Source: Octopus bimaculoides
Taxonomy: Eukaryota
Length of the DNA: 62,396 nucleotides
Assembly (NCBI RefSeq): GCF_001194135.2
Contig: NC_068983.1
Span: forward strand, 106,830,015 to 106,892,410
Direction of reading: 5' to 3'
A model generated the notes under the pieces. It was not told where the DNA came from, did not search any database, and saw only the letters and a list, made by a program, of their open reading frames with translations. Shown here piece by piece: positions 12,686 to 25,988 of this stretch. Within the stretch, counting starts at the first letter, position 1; each line of letters begins with the position of its first letter. The position numbers and the translations under genes are program-made.

Positions 12686-13962
12686 CTTTAATATATGTAT
12701 ATGAACTTACTTGGAAAAAGACGAGGGTTGGTGATAGGAAAGGTATCCAGCAATAGAAAACCTACCGCAGAAAACTTGGTCTGACTCATGTACGCATGAA
12801 AAAGTGGATATTAAAATAATGATGATGATGAAGATGTACATAGAAAATATGGGATAACCTAGTAGATAGTTGATAAAGTATAAACATTCTACTTATTATT
12901 TTACAATTCGTATTTGTCTGACATATCAGCAATAAGAACAACGAAAGATTAAGGATGACTTCTTTTAATGATAAACTTGCAATACCTTTTGCTCTAAGCA
13001 GCTCGTAACCTTTATAAAAGGTCAATGTACATCCAGGAATTGAATATACCCACCTACTTTTCATTTCCATTGAACACACTGTTGTTTTTGACTCTTGGTA
13101 TTTCTGATTGTATCAAAAGAAAAACTCTTCTGTATAGTTTACAATGCTTTACACATAGATATATTGAAATTCTTCATCCACCATTGAATAATGCAAGCTA
13201 TTTTTGTTGATTACACAATTTCTTTAATAGCTCTCTACCTTCATTTTTGTACCAATCATATAAAGATGTTACTCTTTATCTGTCTGATGACTTTCTCTCT
13301 CTGTATGTCTCTCTGTCTATCTGCCTCTCTGTCTCTCTGTTTCGCTTTCTTTCACACATTCTTTTTTTAATTCATTTCATATCAACCAATATGATTAATC
13401 AATCTTCGTATGACAATACTGATGCATTCACCGAAACTTTCTACCTGAACTTGTTCTCCATTTCAGAAATTTTTGGTGACTTATTTTATCAATTCCACTG
13501 AAATAGTCTACATTCATGTAACTTTTCTATTTCTCACGCGTGAATAAATTCTACAAGATAAGAGGACAGATTTTCATCTTTAGTCTGAAAATGAAGCAAA
13601 TCAAGTATTTCTATCAATAATTACGCAGCATCAGACATGTTGCTGTTTGTACACATCGTGTTGTCGTTAAACACAAGATGTCTCAACAGACACACTCACT
13701 CATAATACATGTACAACCATTCAACTATAAATACACCCTTTGTATAAACTCATTGACATTTATTAGAATCACTTACAAACATATACATGTACACAGATGT
13801 TAAAATATGTAATAATATTCTGGAACAGATTGCTTGTAAACATATGCACCCACACACACACACACATGCAAAAATATATATCTCTGTATATCTATATCTA
13901 AATTTATCTGTCTATATGTATGGACATGTGTGAGTATATGTCAGTGTGTGTATATGTGCAGG

Positions 13963-14372
13963 TATCATCATCATCATCGTTTAACATCCGTTTTCCATGC
14001 TGGCATGAGTTGGACGGTTAGACTGGGGAATGGCAAGCTAGGAGGCTGCACCAGGCTCCAATCTGATCTGGCAGGGTTTCTACAGCTGGATGCCCTTCCT
14101 AACACCAACCACTCCGAGAGTGTAGTGGGTGCTTTTTACGTGCCACCGGTACGAGAGCCAGTCAGGCGGCACTGGTATTGGCCATGTTCAGATGGTGCTT
14201 TTCATGTGCTACCAGCACAGGAACCAGTTGGGGCAGGTGGGCTGGCATTGACCACATTTGGATGGCACTTTTTACATGCCACTGGCATAGGGAGTCAGTC
14301 AGGCAGCACTGGCAATGACCCTCGCATGCATGGTGCTTATTGCATGCCACCAGCATGGGAGCCAGTCAGACA

Positions 14373-14375
<3 letters not shown>
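13963..14375 (-). mobile_element. RTE-like 3' UTR with about four internal ~65-bp tandem units
   Basis: Repeated gtgcttttacgtgccaccggca-like anchor with mutually similar spacers; (CAT)n tail at left. Confidence 0.7.
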
Positions 14376-14409
<34 letters not shown>

Positions 14410-14476
14410 CATATGTATATACATGCATACACACATACACGCACATATTAACATATACATACACACACACACACAC

Positions 14477-14516
<40 letters not shown>

Positions 14517-16544
14517 ATGCACACATACACATACGCACACATATATATAGGGTTGGGGTGTATATATGCAGGCACAGGCAGCATAGAAATCTGCTTCCTT
14601 TCTAATTCTTCTGAAAGCTACCCACACACACATACACCCCCACCTCACACACACACTCATTCTCTCCCTCACATATACACACACACATGCACCTCCTCCC
14701 TCCTGTTCAAACACACATGCACTCACATCCATCCTCCTTTCTCTGGCTACGTAAATAAACAGTTCCGCGATACCATATTAAAATAACATGAAAGTGCTTA
14801 CATCTCTACTGATAACACATGTTTTTACAGATAAAAAACAGAAAACCCTCCCCTACTTAATATAATACACAAACATACACAAAAGGATACATGCAGCTAT
14901 GCATGAATATACATAGGAAATTTGGACAAGAACTATCATGTATACATACATATGTGCAATCACAATGCACATTTAAAAATACTTATATTATACAGAATAA
15001 AAATAGTGGCTACTATTGCTGTTGTTTAGCCCCAAGTCAGCTGTGATTGAGCAGACTTATCTTTTATCATTTATCTTGTTCTTGATCCAGTCATTTGACT
15101 GTGGCCATGCTGGGGCACTGCCTCGAAGGGTTTTAGTTGAACAAGTTAACCCGAGGACTTATTTTTGTTTAGCGCCTAGTACTTATTTGTATTGGTCCCT
15201 TTTTCTGAACCACCAAGTTACATGGATGTAAACACACCAAAACCTATCAGACACTCAGTCCCTTCTCTGCAGACCAGCTTGGTAGCTAGTCCGTAGTGAA
15301 AGTCCTCATCTACAGTTTGTCTGCTATGGGTTCATGGGCAATGCTCTACAGAAGGATTTAATACATTCTGTCAGCTGATTTGTACTCAATAGACGAAATA
15401 AAGACAGACTTTTCCGTTGTAACATGATGAATCTTTCAGGTTTTTAGATAATTTTTAACCATTTTTCATTTACCAACAAATACATCAAAGCCTTATGAGT
15501 GAGTTTCGTAGACGGAAACTGAAAGAAGCTCACTGTATATCATTATCATCATCATCATTATCATTATCATTTTATGTTCGCCTTCCATGCTGATATATTT
15601 ATATATATACATATATATATATAAAAATATATCAGTAGTGCTGGGGTCGATTTCTTCAACTAAAATCCTTCAAGGCGCTGTTCAGCATAGCTGCAGTCAC
15701 ATGATTGAAACAAGTAGAACAATAAAAGAATCATCATCATCATCATTTAACGTCCGTTGTCTATGCCAGCATGGGTTGGACAATGCAAGCAGGGCTGGCA
15801 AGCTGGAAGGCTGCACCAGACTCCAATCTGATTTGGTATGGTTTCTACGGCTGAATGCCCAATGGGTGCTTTTATGTGCCACCGGCAAGAGTGCCATTTA
15901 TGTGATACCAGTATCTAAGAAAAGAATAGAAGAACTTAATGATGGAGCTCTTACATCAGTGGTTGTCTGTCAGGGTTCATATAGCTCTTGGGGGTCCATA
16001 TTAAATTTTCTGGCTAAAATTTATGTGCAATAAGTTGGTTACACTTCTACAATAAACAAAGTATTTCAACAATTTTTTATGCCATTTCTGATAATATTTA
16101 ATTATAAAAACATATAATTTTTTAGACATCAAATTGCTAGGAGGGTCCATTTGAGTAAAATAAGAATCAAAGGGGTTTACAAGTAAACAGAATGTAAGCA
16201 CCCTTACTCTGTGAAGGGGTCTTGTCTTGCGAGTTACTTGGTGACCCCATTCATGCTGGTGTCATGAAACAAAAGCACCCAGTATGCTCTGTAAAGTGGT
16301 TGGCATTAGGAAGGATATCCAGGTGTAGAGACCTTGCCAAAGTAGACACTGGAACCCAATGCAGTCCTCAAGCTAGTTGGATCCTGTTGAAGCATCCAAC
16401 TTATGCCAGAATAGAACATGGGCCTTAAATGATGCTGTTGATGATGAGACATATATACATACATATGGAAACACATATACACACACACATATATAACACA
16501 AATTTACATACATTCACACACATACACAGAGACATGTATATATA

Positions 16545-17479
16545 TGTAGTGAAACTACCTATCGCCATTAGATACAAACTACTATCGCCATTACATACAA
16601 TCTTCTCATTTAAATATAAATAAATGCGAGCGTAGTAGAGAACCCATTCCTTATCACGTGACTGATTATTATTCGAATCGGCAACTTCTTCGAACCTTTC
16701 CCGCCAGAACGCAAACTGACCAATCACGGCCCCTAATAAGGTCACGTGATAGAGTAAAATTCTGAAGCCATCGGGAGCCTATAGTTTGTTATAAATAGCT
16801 TTAACTCAGCAACCAAATTTGTCTCGGTCCAGTTTCTCTTTGANNNNNNNNNNNNNNNNNNNNNNNNNNNNNNNNNNNNNNNNNNNNNNNNNNNNNNNNN
16901 NNNNNNNNNNNNNNNNNNNNNNNNNNNNNNNNNNNNNNNNNNNNNNNNNNNNNNNNNNNNNNNNNNNNNNNNNNNNNNNNNNNNNNNNNNNNNNNNNNNN
17001 NNNNNNNNNNNNNNNNNNNNNNNNNNNNNNNNNNNNNNNNNNNNNNNNNNNNNNNNNNNNNNNNNNNNNNNNNNNNNNNNNNNNNNNNNNNNNNNNNNNN
17101 NNNNNNNNNNNNNNNNNNNNNNNNNNNNNNNNNNNNNNNNNNNNNNNNNNNNNNNNNNNNNNNNNNNNNNNNNNNNNNNNNNNNNNNNNNNNNNNNNNNN
17201 NNNNNNNNNNNNNCTTTGATTATGTTCTTATATGTCGCATTCACACTCTCACACAGACATACATCTTTAACGCCATAATAAATATATCTGTTATTCATCT
17301 AATACGGTTGTGGTCTTTCATTACTGGTCATCTATGTTATCGTCGCATAACATATCATCTATATCATCTTTGATATATATTTGTATGTTCGACCGTGTGA
17401 CACGTTTAAATAAAAGGAGTCCTGTTTTTCCATTCGTCACCATATCTCCTTTTATGAGTTCGCACGGTCGTCCCTTACA
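16545..17479 (+). mobile_element. LTR of a Ty3/Gypsy-like retrotransposon (solo-like, gap inside)
   Basis: TGTA...TACA termini in a TA tract; two CACGTG boxes, CCAAT, TATAAATA near 16791, AATAAA motifs in the distal part; ~23-bp tandem duplication at the 5' end; followed by a PBS. Confidence 0.75.
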
Positions 17480-17481
17480 AT

Positions 17482-17527
17482 TGGTGCCCCCGACGTCGGT
17501 CCTCCCTTACAATTGGTGACCCCGACG
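17482..17527 (+). promoter_or_regulatory. Duplicated primer-binding site complementary to tRNA-Trp 3' end
   Basis: tggtgaccccgacgt (17513-17527) is the reverse complement of ...ACGUCGGGGUCACCA, the metazoan tRNA-Trp(CCA) 3' end (from recall); a one-base-deleted copy lies at 17482-17495. Confidence 0.7.
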
Positions 17528-17554
17528 TCGGTCGTCCCTTACATATATATTATA

Positions 17555-18720
17555 TTTGGCATATTTTGCTTTATGAGTTCAATAAAGGCAACAACGCAAT
17601 GAAAAGTGTAAGGAATACTAATGCAGTATATGGGTATCAGACACTAAGCATAAGCCGGTGTCAATGGTAGTTCCAGAAATTCTGAGCCGAAACTACAGCC
17701 TAGAAGGTGAGCCTCGTCCTGGAAGATCTGTAGAGCTTGACAAGGACATCTTGCACATGCTGATGGAACAAAATCCCATCATAATTGTTGAGGAACTAGC
17801 AGAGTAGCTTGGATTTGTTCATTCAATGATTCATCGACACCTGCGTGTCATTGGAAAAGTCAGCAAATCAGGTCAATAGGTTCCTCACAAATTACTTGAG
17901 TCTAATCACACTCAGAGAATAAATGTGTGCTCTTCTTTATTGTCATTTCTCACGAATGAACCTTTTTTGAGACCAAACAGTGATTGGTGACGACAAATGG
18001 GTTCTCTATAAAAATGTCAAGTGCTGAAGACAGTGGGTAGGGAAAGGAAAAACACCAGCACTCCAGGCTAAAGAAGGTCTTCACCCACATAAGGTGTTGT
18101 TATCTGTTTGGTGGGATATGAAAAGTTTAGTCCACTTTGAACTTTTAAATCCAAACCAAACTATAAAGGAGATCTACTGTGAGCAGCTCACTAACATAGC
18201 AGTGGGGGAGGGGCAGTCCACCCCAGGTGGCTCTTTTAAAGGGGCAGCACTGCTTTTTAGGTCTGCTGTTGGCAATATGTGTTTTTTGTGAAGTCTGGGG
18301 GTGGAAAATGGAGGGGCTGCCATAGGTGGTACACACTTTAGCTATGCTAGTGGAGCAGCTTGAGTGGCTTAAGTCAGCGCAAGAAGAAAAATGACCATCT
18401 TTGGTTTGAAGATGAATAGTGTTCTTCCATCAGGATAATGTTTGGCCACATACAGCGGAAATGACATTCAAAAGGCTGGAGCTGTTTGAATGGGAAACGA
18501 TGCCCCACTAACCATGTTCACAGGACATTGCCCCATCTGATTATTATTAATTCTGCAGTCTTCAAAATCATTTTGTTGGAAAAAATATGATTGCTGTAGA
18601 CGAGGTCAGAACAGTACTGGAGGAGTATTTTTCATCATGGACAAGTGAATTTTGGAAGAGGAGCTTTGCAAGTCCACCAGATAGAAGAAAGAGTATTGGA
18701 GAAAATGAAGGAGAGTATAG
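17555..18720 (+). pseudogene. Decayed mariner transposase
   Basis: Fragments HILLYEFNKGNNA, GQ*VPH (WVPH), GDDKWVLYKN, LHPHKVLLSVWWDMK, FHQDNVWPH, PCSQDIAPSDYY; many stops and frameshifts. Confidence 0.85.
18189..18352. mobile_element. hAT-type MITE inserted in the mariner
   Basis: TIR cactaacatagc / gctatgctagtg (11/12); perfect 8-bp TSD gagcagct at 18181-18188 and 18353-18360; 164 bp. Confidence 0.8.
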
Positions 18721-18735
18721 ATTAAGAAGACTTTA

Positions 18736-18891
18736 GGAGTGGCAGTGTGGTAAGTAGCTTGCTTACCAACCACATGGTTCCAGGTTCATTCCCACTGTGT
18801 AGAACCTTGGGCAAGTGTCTTCTACTATAGCCTTGGGCCAATCAAAGCCTTGTAAATGGATTTGGAAGACGGAAACTGAAAGAAGCCCGCC

Positions 18892-18966
<75 letters not shown>

Positions 18967-19183
18967 GATATGTTTGTGTATCTGTTTATCTTCCCCAACA
19001 ATGCTTGACAACTGATGGTGGTCTGTTTGCATCCCCGTAACTTAGCGGTTTGGCAAAAGAAACCGATAGAATAAGTACTAGGCTTACAAAGAATAAGTCC
19101 TGGGGTCGATTTGTTCGACTAAAGGCGGTGCTCCAGCATGGCCACAGTCAAATGACTGAAACAAGTAAAAGAGTAAAAGAGTA
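18736..19183 (+). mobile_element. SINE family A, full length
   Basis: Same head, core and tail as 5670-6070. Confidence 0.85.
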
Positions 19184-19799
19184 TCTTAATTTTGAAAAAT
19201 AAAAGCAGTATAAATAGAAAAAACAGCATTATTTATGGAATGACCCAATATATGGATTTGCATAGAAATAATGAATGCTTGTATATGCATGTGTGTTTGT
19301 ACACTTTCTGACATGTTGCACACATCTTTAGAAAGTGAATGAGTAAATGGTGAATGATTGAGCAAATGAGTTTCACAGTGAAGGGAATGAATATGCATAG
19401 GCAGCGACAGAGAAAGAGAGAGAGAGAGATTTGAGATGGATTGAACAATGGGAGAGAGGGGGATAGGAACAGATGTAAACTGAATCAAAATGTCTGACAG
19501 TCACTTTGCTGTAAGGTAAACATTGATTCACCTGTTGTTTTACCGCTGAAGTCATTGTTTATTATTCCAATCACACAGCAGCAGCAGCAGCAGTAGCGGC
19601 GGCGGTGGTGGTAATAGTAGTAGTAATAGTAGCAGTAGTAATAATAGTAATGATAGTAACAGAAGTAGCAGCAGTTATAGTAGTAGTGATATTACATAAG
19701 GGTAATCTTTAAACTAAGGCTTAAAGGATAAACTATTTCAACAGAATATTCAAACTTCTGTTCATGTTTTTATTCCTGTTTTTCATGCTTTGTTCCAAC

Positions 19800-20470
19800 T
19801 TCAAACACACACACACACACACACATACACACATGCATACACACATGCGCACACACATGCACACAAACATACACACACACACATACAAGCATACACACAT
19901 ATGTACACACACATATACACACAAACAAACACACTCATAAACGTACACACATATACACGCACACACATATAGAAATACATAAACACATACATACAGATAA
20001 ACACAAACGCACACACACACACACACATAAATGCACACACATTACACATACACACACATATACATAAACACACACATACAGACAAACACACACTTACACA
20101 CATACATAAACGCATGCACACACACACATGCATACAGCCATGCACACACACACATGCATGCACACACACATGCATGCACACACACATGCATGCACACACA
20201 CATGCATGCACACACACACATGCACGCACACACACATGCATGTACACACATACACACATGCGAGCACACACACATGCATGCACACATGTGCACACTCACA
20301 CACACACAAACATACACACATATACACAAACATATACAACTACATAAACACACGCACATAACACATATACACGCATATACATAAACACACACATACAGAC
20401 AAACACACTCACACACACACAACACACACATGTACACATAAACGCACACACACACACACACACAGAGGCA
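19800..20470. repeat. Complex CA-rich microsatellite with 14-bp cacacacatgcatg sub-array
   Basis: Direct reading of the sequence. Confidence 0.9.
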
Positions 20471-21024
20471 GATGCATACATCTGCATGTCTTTATTTCTG
20501 TTCACATATGTGAAACAGAAAGACCCATCAATGTTGTAATGTTCTTAAGTTGTTTATACAAACATATTAATTAAATAGCAAGAGATAACATAAAAACAAA
20601 AGAGAGAGATTATATACAATTTGAATAGCTTAGTTCATAACAATTTCTTCAGCTTTTAAAACTTAGGGCTTCTATCTTTTAGTTTTTTGCATAGCAATGA
20701 AGAGAATAAAATGTAAAAACCCTCTCTAGTTTACAAAATACTTTTTTTCTTGTTATCATGTAAGTAAATCCCTCTTTCAGTTGAGTGAAAAGAGATATCA
20801 CCTAATGGAGGATATCTGAACAGAGGAACATCACAAACCAGCTTATTGCGTATGTACCAAACTGTGTAGCATCTCCACCACTGCCAATGCCACCACCACC
20901 ACCACTGTCACCACCACTGTCACCACCGCCGCCACCGCTACCACCACCACCAACACCACCACCACCACAACCACCACCACCACCACTAACAACAACAACA
21001 ACAGTAATACAACCACCAACAAGA

Positions 21025-21232
21025 ACGATAATCCCTTCTACTGGAGGCACAAGGCTTGAAATTTGTGGGGTGGGGACTAGTCAATTACATGGACCCCAGT
21101 GTTTCACTGGTACTTAATTTACAGGCTCCGATAGGATGAAAGGCAAAGTTGACTTTGGCAGAATTTGAACTCAGAACGTATTGACGGGCGAAATTTCGCT
21201 AAGCACTTTGCCCAGCGCCAGCTTGCTGCCTT
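21025..21232 (-). mobile_element. tRNA-derived SINE family C
   Basis: Head ggcagcaagctggcgctgggcaaagtgcttagc, B-box gagttcaaattc, core ctttgcctttcatcc; other copies at about 22940-23070, 26295-26505, 52135-52470 and 59340-59555. Confidence 0.75.
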
Positions 21233-21394
21233 TACAACAACAACAACAATAATAGCAACCAAAAACAACACTAAAACCACCACCACCACCACCACCACCA
21301 CCACCATCATTTCTACCACAGTCATCACTGTCACCATCGTCATCTCCAAAGTTACCCAAGCTCTCTTGATGATGCACTCATTTACCTTCTTTTT

Positions 21395-21962
21395 TTCTTT
21401 TGAGAAGACCCGGCAGGCCAAGTGAGACCAAAACCGGTGGCCTATGCCAGTGGTGTAACTAGCCCATTTAGGCATACCTTTCTTTCATTGGACACTAAAC
21501 TATGCTTGTGAAGACCTGTTGAGGCAAGTGAAATTGGAATTGAATTTGATGACAGCACAGCATGACTGGCATCCGTGCTAGTGGAGTGCTAAGAGCACCA
21601 TCTGAACGTGATCGTGGCCAGGGCCGCTGCATGGCCCCCATGCTGGTGGCACATAAAAAGTACCATTCAAGCATGATCGTTACCAGCGTTGCCTTACTGG
21701 CACTTGTGCCGGTGGTACGTGGAAAACACCATTTGTGCATGGCCGTTACGGGTAGCGCCTGACTGGCCCTTGTGCTGGTGGCACGTAAAAGCACCCACTA
21801 CACTCTCGTACTGGTTGGCGTTAGGAAGGGCATCCAGCTGTAGAAACTCTGCCAGATCAGATTGGAGCCTGGTGCAGCCATGTGGTTCACTAATCCCCAG
21901 TCAAACCATCCAACCCATGCCAGCATGGAAGGCGGACTTTAAATGATGATGATGATGATGAT
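21395..21962 (+). mobile_element. RTE-like LINE long 3' UTR with internal tandem units
   Basis: gagaagacc start, repeated ggcacgtaaaagcacc units, canonical tail and (GAT)n; other short copies at about 22195-22420, 30040-30255, 46250-46450, 49283-49432, 51850-52015 and 59080-59265. Confidence 0.7.
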
Positions 21963-23082
21963 CCATCACTCGTGACCAACCCTACAAATTCTAAAATTCA
22001 AAATTTTAGTCTATCTTTTAAGCCAAGATACTTTTAATCTTCGAGTCATTGTTTTAATCATTAGACTACAGCCATGCTGAGAGCACCATCTTGAACAATT
22101 TACTCTGATCAATTTAGTCCTAGAACTTATTTTAAGCTAGGTACGCACCCTGTCAATCCTCTTTTGCTGAACCCCTTAGTTATGTAGATATATATCATCA
22201 TCATCATCATCATCATTTAATGTTTACTTTCCATGCTAGCATGGGTTAGATGACTTGACAAGAACTGGTAAGCTGGAGAGCTGAAGCATGATCCAGTCTG
22301 AATATGGCTTATCTTCTACAACTGGATGCCCTTCCTAATGCCAACCAGAGTATTGTTGGTGCTCTCTATGTGACACTGGCATGGGTGCTTTTACATGTCA
22401 CTGGCACAAGCACTTTTACTTATCAGCACAAGTGCTTCCCCCTACACACACATGTTCACACAGTTTCATTCAGTTTCCTTCTACCAAGATCATTCATAAG
22501 GACTATATTAGACTATAAGCTGTACTTGCCCAAGGTGCTATGCAGTGAGACTAGACCCAAAACTCAATACTTGAAAAGTGAATTTCCTATTCAAGCAATC
22601 ATGCATGCAACTCTGGAATTTTACTGAAATTTGCTCTTCTTCCCATTAATATTTGAAACTCTGCTTGTGCATTTGTTGTTGCTGCTGTCATGTAGGCCAG
22701 GTCAGATATAAACAAATAGAACTATGATCAAAAGCTCTCCAGCTGTGACCATCATAGTATTTTGTATTTATAGGCCACTGGCTCCTAATCTTTTTGCCTT
22801 TATGGTACCCTGAAGATCAAAGAAAAAAAATACTGATGCACTTTGCTTGTAAAGTAAATAAAAACAAAAAGCATATTTTAAAGTGAAAAATTCAGAAAAC
22901 CATAGAAAAGAAACATTACTATTTTACCTTGCTTTGACTTTACATTCTGATTTTGTCTTTCATCCTTTTGGGGGTTGATAAAATAAGTACCAGTTACACA
23001 CTGGGGTTGATTTAATCCCTTTCCCCAAAATTGCTGGCCTTGTGCCAAAATTTGAAGCCAATATTTTACCTTGTTTTATCAA

Positions 23083-23536
23083 CTCTTTAGCATTTAAACC
23101 AGTCATATTCAGCCAAAATATTCTACCTGCTTTTTGTTTAAATCAGTTAGATTCTGGCCTCTCACATCTCCTCTCCTTTAATGTTATTCTAAAAATAGGC
23201 AATCACATCATCAAAATCTCAGAGCAACAAGGTAATGCTTGATTAATTCAAAACAATGTGAATAAACAACTATTACATTTGATAGACAAGGCAGTGAGCT
23301 GGCAGAATCAGTAGCATGCTGGGCGAAATGCTTGGCAGTATTTTATCTGTCTTTACATTCTAAGTTCAAATCCTGCTGAGGTCAACTTTGCCTTTCATCC
23401 TTTCAGGGTTGATAAATTAAGTACCAGTTGCATACTGGGGTCAATCTATTGATTGGCTCCCTCCCTCAAAATTTCAGGTCTTATGTCTATAAGTAGAAAG
23501 GATTACATTTGATAGAGAAATCTGAATGTTAATGAG
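23083..23536 (+). mobile_element. piggyBac-type MITE family E interrupted by a SINE
   Basis: Matches 4340-4557 on both sides of the SINE insertion. Confidence 0.7.
23287..23501 (+). mobile_element. SINE family C with 15-bp TSD
   Basis: TSD attacatttgataga at 23272-23286 and 23502-23516. Confidence 0.85.
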
Positions 23537-24682
23537 ATAATTATACTTTTGTTTATGAAAATTATGAATGACATGTTTTATGAGACATGCAGGAATTAAT
23601 TAGGATATTTAAAGCCTTAAATTATATATTCAAAAACCCAGAGTGAATCCAGATATCAGTTGTGGTGTAGCACTTAAAAACTATGGCCAATGTTAAGTCT
23701 TCCTTATAAATATCATCCTTAGAAGTTGAGGTTGCACCTGAACTGCTTCAAACCTTATCGGTCTCAGCTAATGAAAAATAGTAGCCAAAAGTCCTTTGAA
23801 TGACACTTTATCATCTTAAAGAGGAAGGTGTGATGATGTGTAATGTAATCCTAGGTATGCAATACCTGAGAAAAAAGATGAGATGTTCATAAATGGAATG
23901 TCTGTGGTCACAGGTCAGCTCATTCAAGGCTGACCAGGAACTAAACAACAACAGCAGTAGCAGCTACAGTAACCACAAAATAACAATAGCAACAAGTTCA
24001 ACAACAACAATAACAACATAACCAATGTGAGGCTATATCAACTGAGCCTCTTAGATGAAATATTTAAAGAAAAGTCAAAGTATCTTAAGATGGCTGAGGA
24101 TTCTGGTCTATGAGTGAGTACAGTAACTGTAACTTCTTGTAATCTATGTTAGGCTGGCAGGTTGACAAGAACAGTGTACAACAAACCAACAAATTACCTG
24201 TTACTTACTCCTCCATATGGTAGTGATAATTGCACATAACTTGGTACCTATTTTCAGCTTGGTGTACTGAGTCAGCAAGTGTATAATATTGTAATCTTCA
24301 ATGTTGCATAACATTAATTAAGCTGTCCATGAATCTAGATCTGAAATTTGCGTATCAGGTAGGTATAATAAAACTGATATAATGAAAATAAATGATAATA
24401 TTGAGGTATAATATCTCAGTTTATTTATTCATTCCTTATGTGAGAGAAGGATTTGATCCTAATATGAAGGCAAGCACCTTATCAGTTTCTTTTTTAACCC
24501 TTTAGCATTCAGACTACTTTGTCAAATATAATGCTTATTTATTCACATTATTTTTAATCTATCATTAATTATCTTGAAGCTTCAAGATCTTGATCATGTG
24601 ATTGTGTATTTTTAGAATAACATGAGATCTAGTTTGAACATAAATCGGGTTGAATATGGGTTGGATATGGCTAGTTTAGATA

Positions 24683-25969
24683 TTAGGTTGTCAAGTATGA
24701 AATTTGTAGTAAGTTATATGGTAAACTTTGATACCTGCTCATTTTGTGCCATTATTATATTTTGACAATCTTTATTTTTTGTTGGAAAGCTGACACATCT
24801 ATTTCCTTATTCTAACTCATTTTGCACTATATAAAGTATTGATAAATCATTTTTTGCTATTTTTGTTTGGAGATGGATAAGTCTGAAATTTGTACAGTTT
24901 TGAAATATGAGTTCTTTCTTGGAAATACAGCATCACAGACAGGTTGGAATATTAATGGAGTATTTCATTCTAATGTTATTACACAGCAGACAGTATCAAA
25001 TTGGTTTGTAAAATTTCGTTCTGGTAAATTTGACCTCACAAATGAGCAACGTGGTCGACCAGAAACAAAGGTGGATAATGACGAACTGAAAGCCATTATC
25101 AAGTCAAGTCAGATCCATCTCAAAGTGCCTGTGAATTATCGTTGTTGTTTGGTGTTATCAAGCAAACAATATTGACTCACCAAGTTCAAATTGGTAAAGT
25201 GAAAAAGTTGGGTAAGTGGGTTCCACATGAACTCAATGAAAATCAGAAACAGCAACGTTTGGAAGCATGCATTATGCTACTTTCTCGTCACAAAAATGAA
25301 TCATTTTGGAATCGAATTGTAACGTGATGAAAAATGGATCCAATACAACAATAATAAACATTCAGCACAATGGTTGGACAAAGATGAGCCACCAAAACGC
25401 AGTCCAAAAAGCAAAATTCATCAAAAGAAGCTGATGGTGTGTGCTTGGTTGTCTGGGGCAGGTGTGATCCATTATGATTTCATTAAATCTGGCTTATCAA
25501 TCACGGCTGAAATATACTGCAGCCAACTGGACCAAATGATGCAGAAACTTACTAAAAAACAGCCCAGATTAGTCAACAGATCCAATCCTGTTTTATTGCA
25601 AGACAATGCCAGACCACACATCGCAAAAATGACATTGGCAAAACTACAGGAGTTGGAGTTGGAAATTCTCCATCATCCACCATACTCACCTGATCTTGTC
25701 CCCACCGACTACCACTTCTTCCAGAATTTGGATAACATTTTGACAGGAAGAAATTTAATTCCGATGATGCTGTAAAACAGGCCTTCCAAGATTTTATAGA
25801 CACTAGATTGCCAGGTTTGTACAGTTCTGGGCTGGACAAGCTACCGCTGAAATAGCAAAAATATATTGACATACGGGTGCATACTTTGATGAATAAAACT
25901 ATTCATTGTATTTACAAAATATTAGCAAACATTTTTTCTTTCCTACAAATTTCGTACTTGACAACCTAA
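24683..25969 (+). mobile_element. Full-length mariner DNA transposon (1287 bp), transposase disrupted
   Basis: 27-bp TIRs ttaggttgtcaagtatgaaatttgtag / ctacaaatttcgtacttgacaacctaa (1 mismatch), TA TSD on both sides. Confidence 0.92.
24867..25880 (+). pseudogene. Mariner transposase pseudogene
   Basis: ORF pieces with WVPHEL, DEKWIQYNN, LLQDNARPH, PYSPDLVPTDYHFF; frameshifted. Confidence 0.9.
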
Positions 25970-25988
25970 TAGCAAAGCGTTAATTATT

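Larger units (their letters stand above)
24498..25979 (-). mobile_element. piggyBac-type MITE family E split by a mariner
   Basis: TTAA-ccctttagcatt at 24494; body to 24680; residual terminus tagcaaagcg-TTAA after the mariner (25970-25983). Confidence 0.7.

Noticed and set aside
12840-13800. Coding-like, stop-riddled minus-strand segment (e.g. SLYDWYKNEGRELLKKLC)
   Set aside because: No recognisable family motif; needs tblastx before any call.
14100-14375. CRISPR-like repeat-spacer appearance (also 44985-45110 and 17465-17542)
   Set aside because: Spacers are homologous to each other, arrays lie inside retroelements, eukaryotic context, no cas genes.
18736-18800. tRNA genes at SINE heads
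   Set aside because: A/B boxes are present, but there is no full cloverleaf and they continue into SINE bodies.
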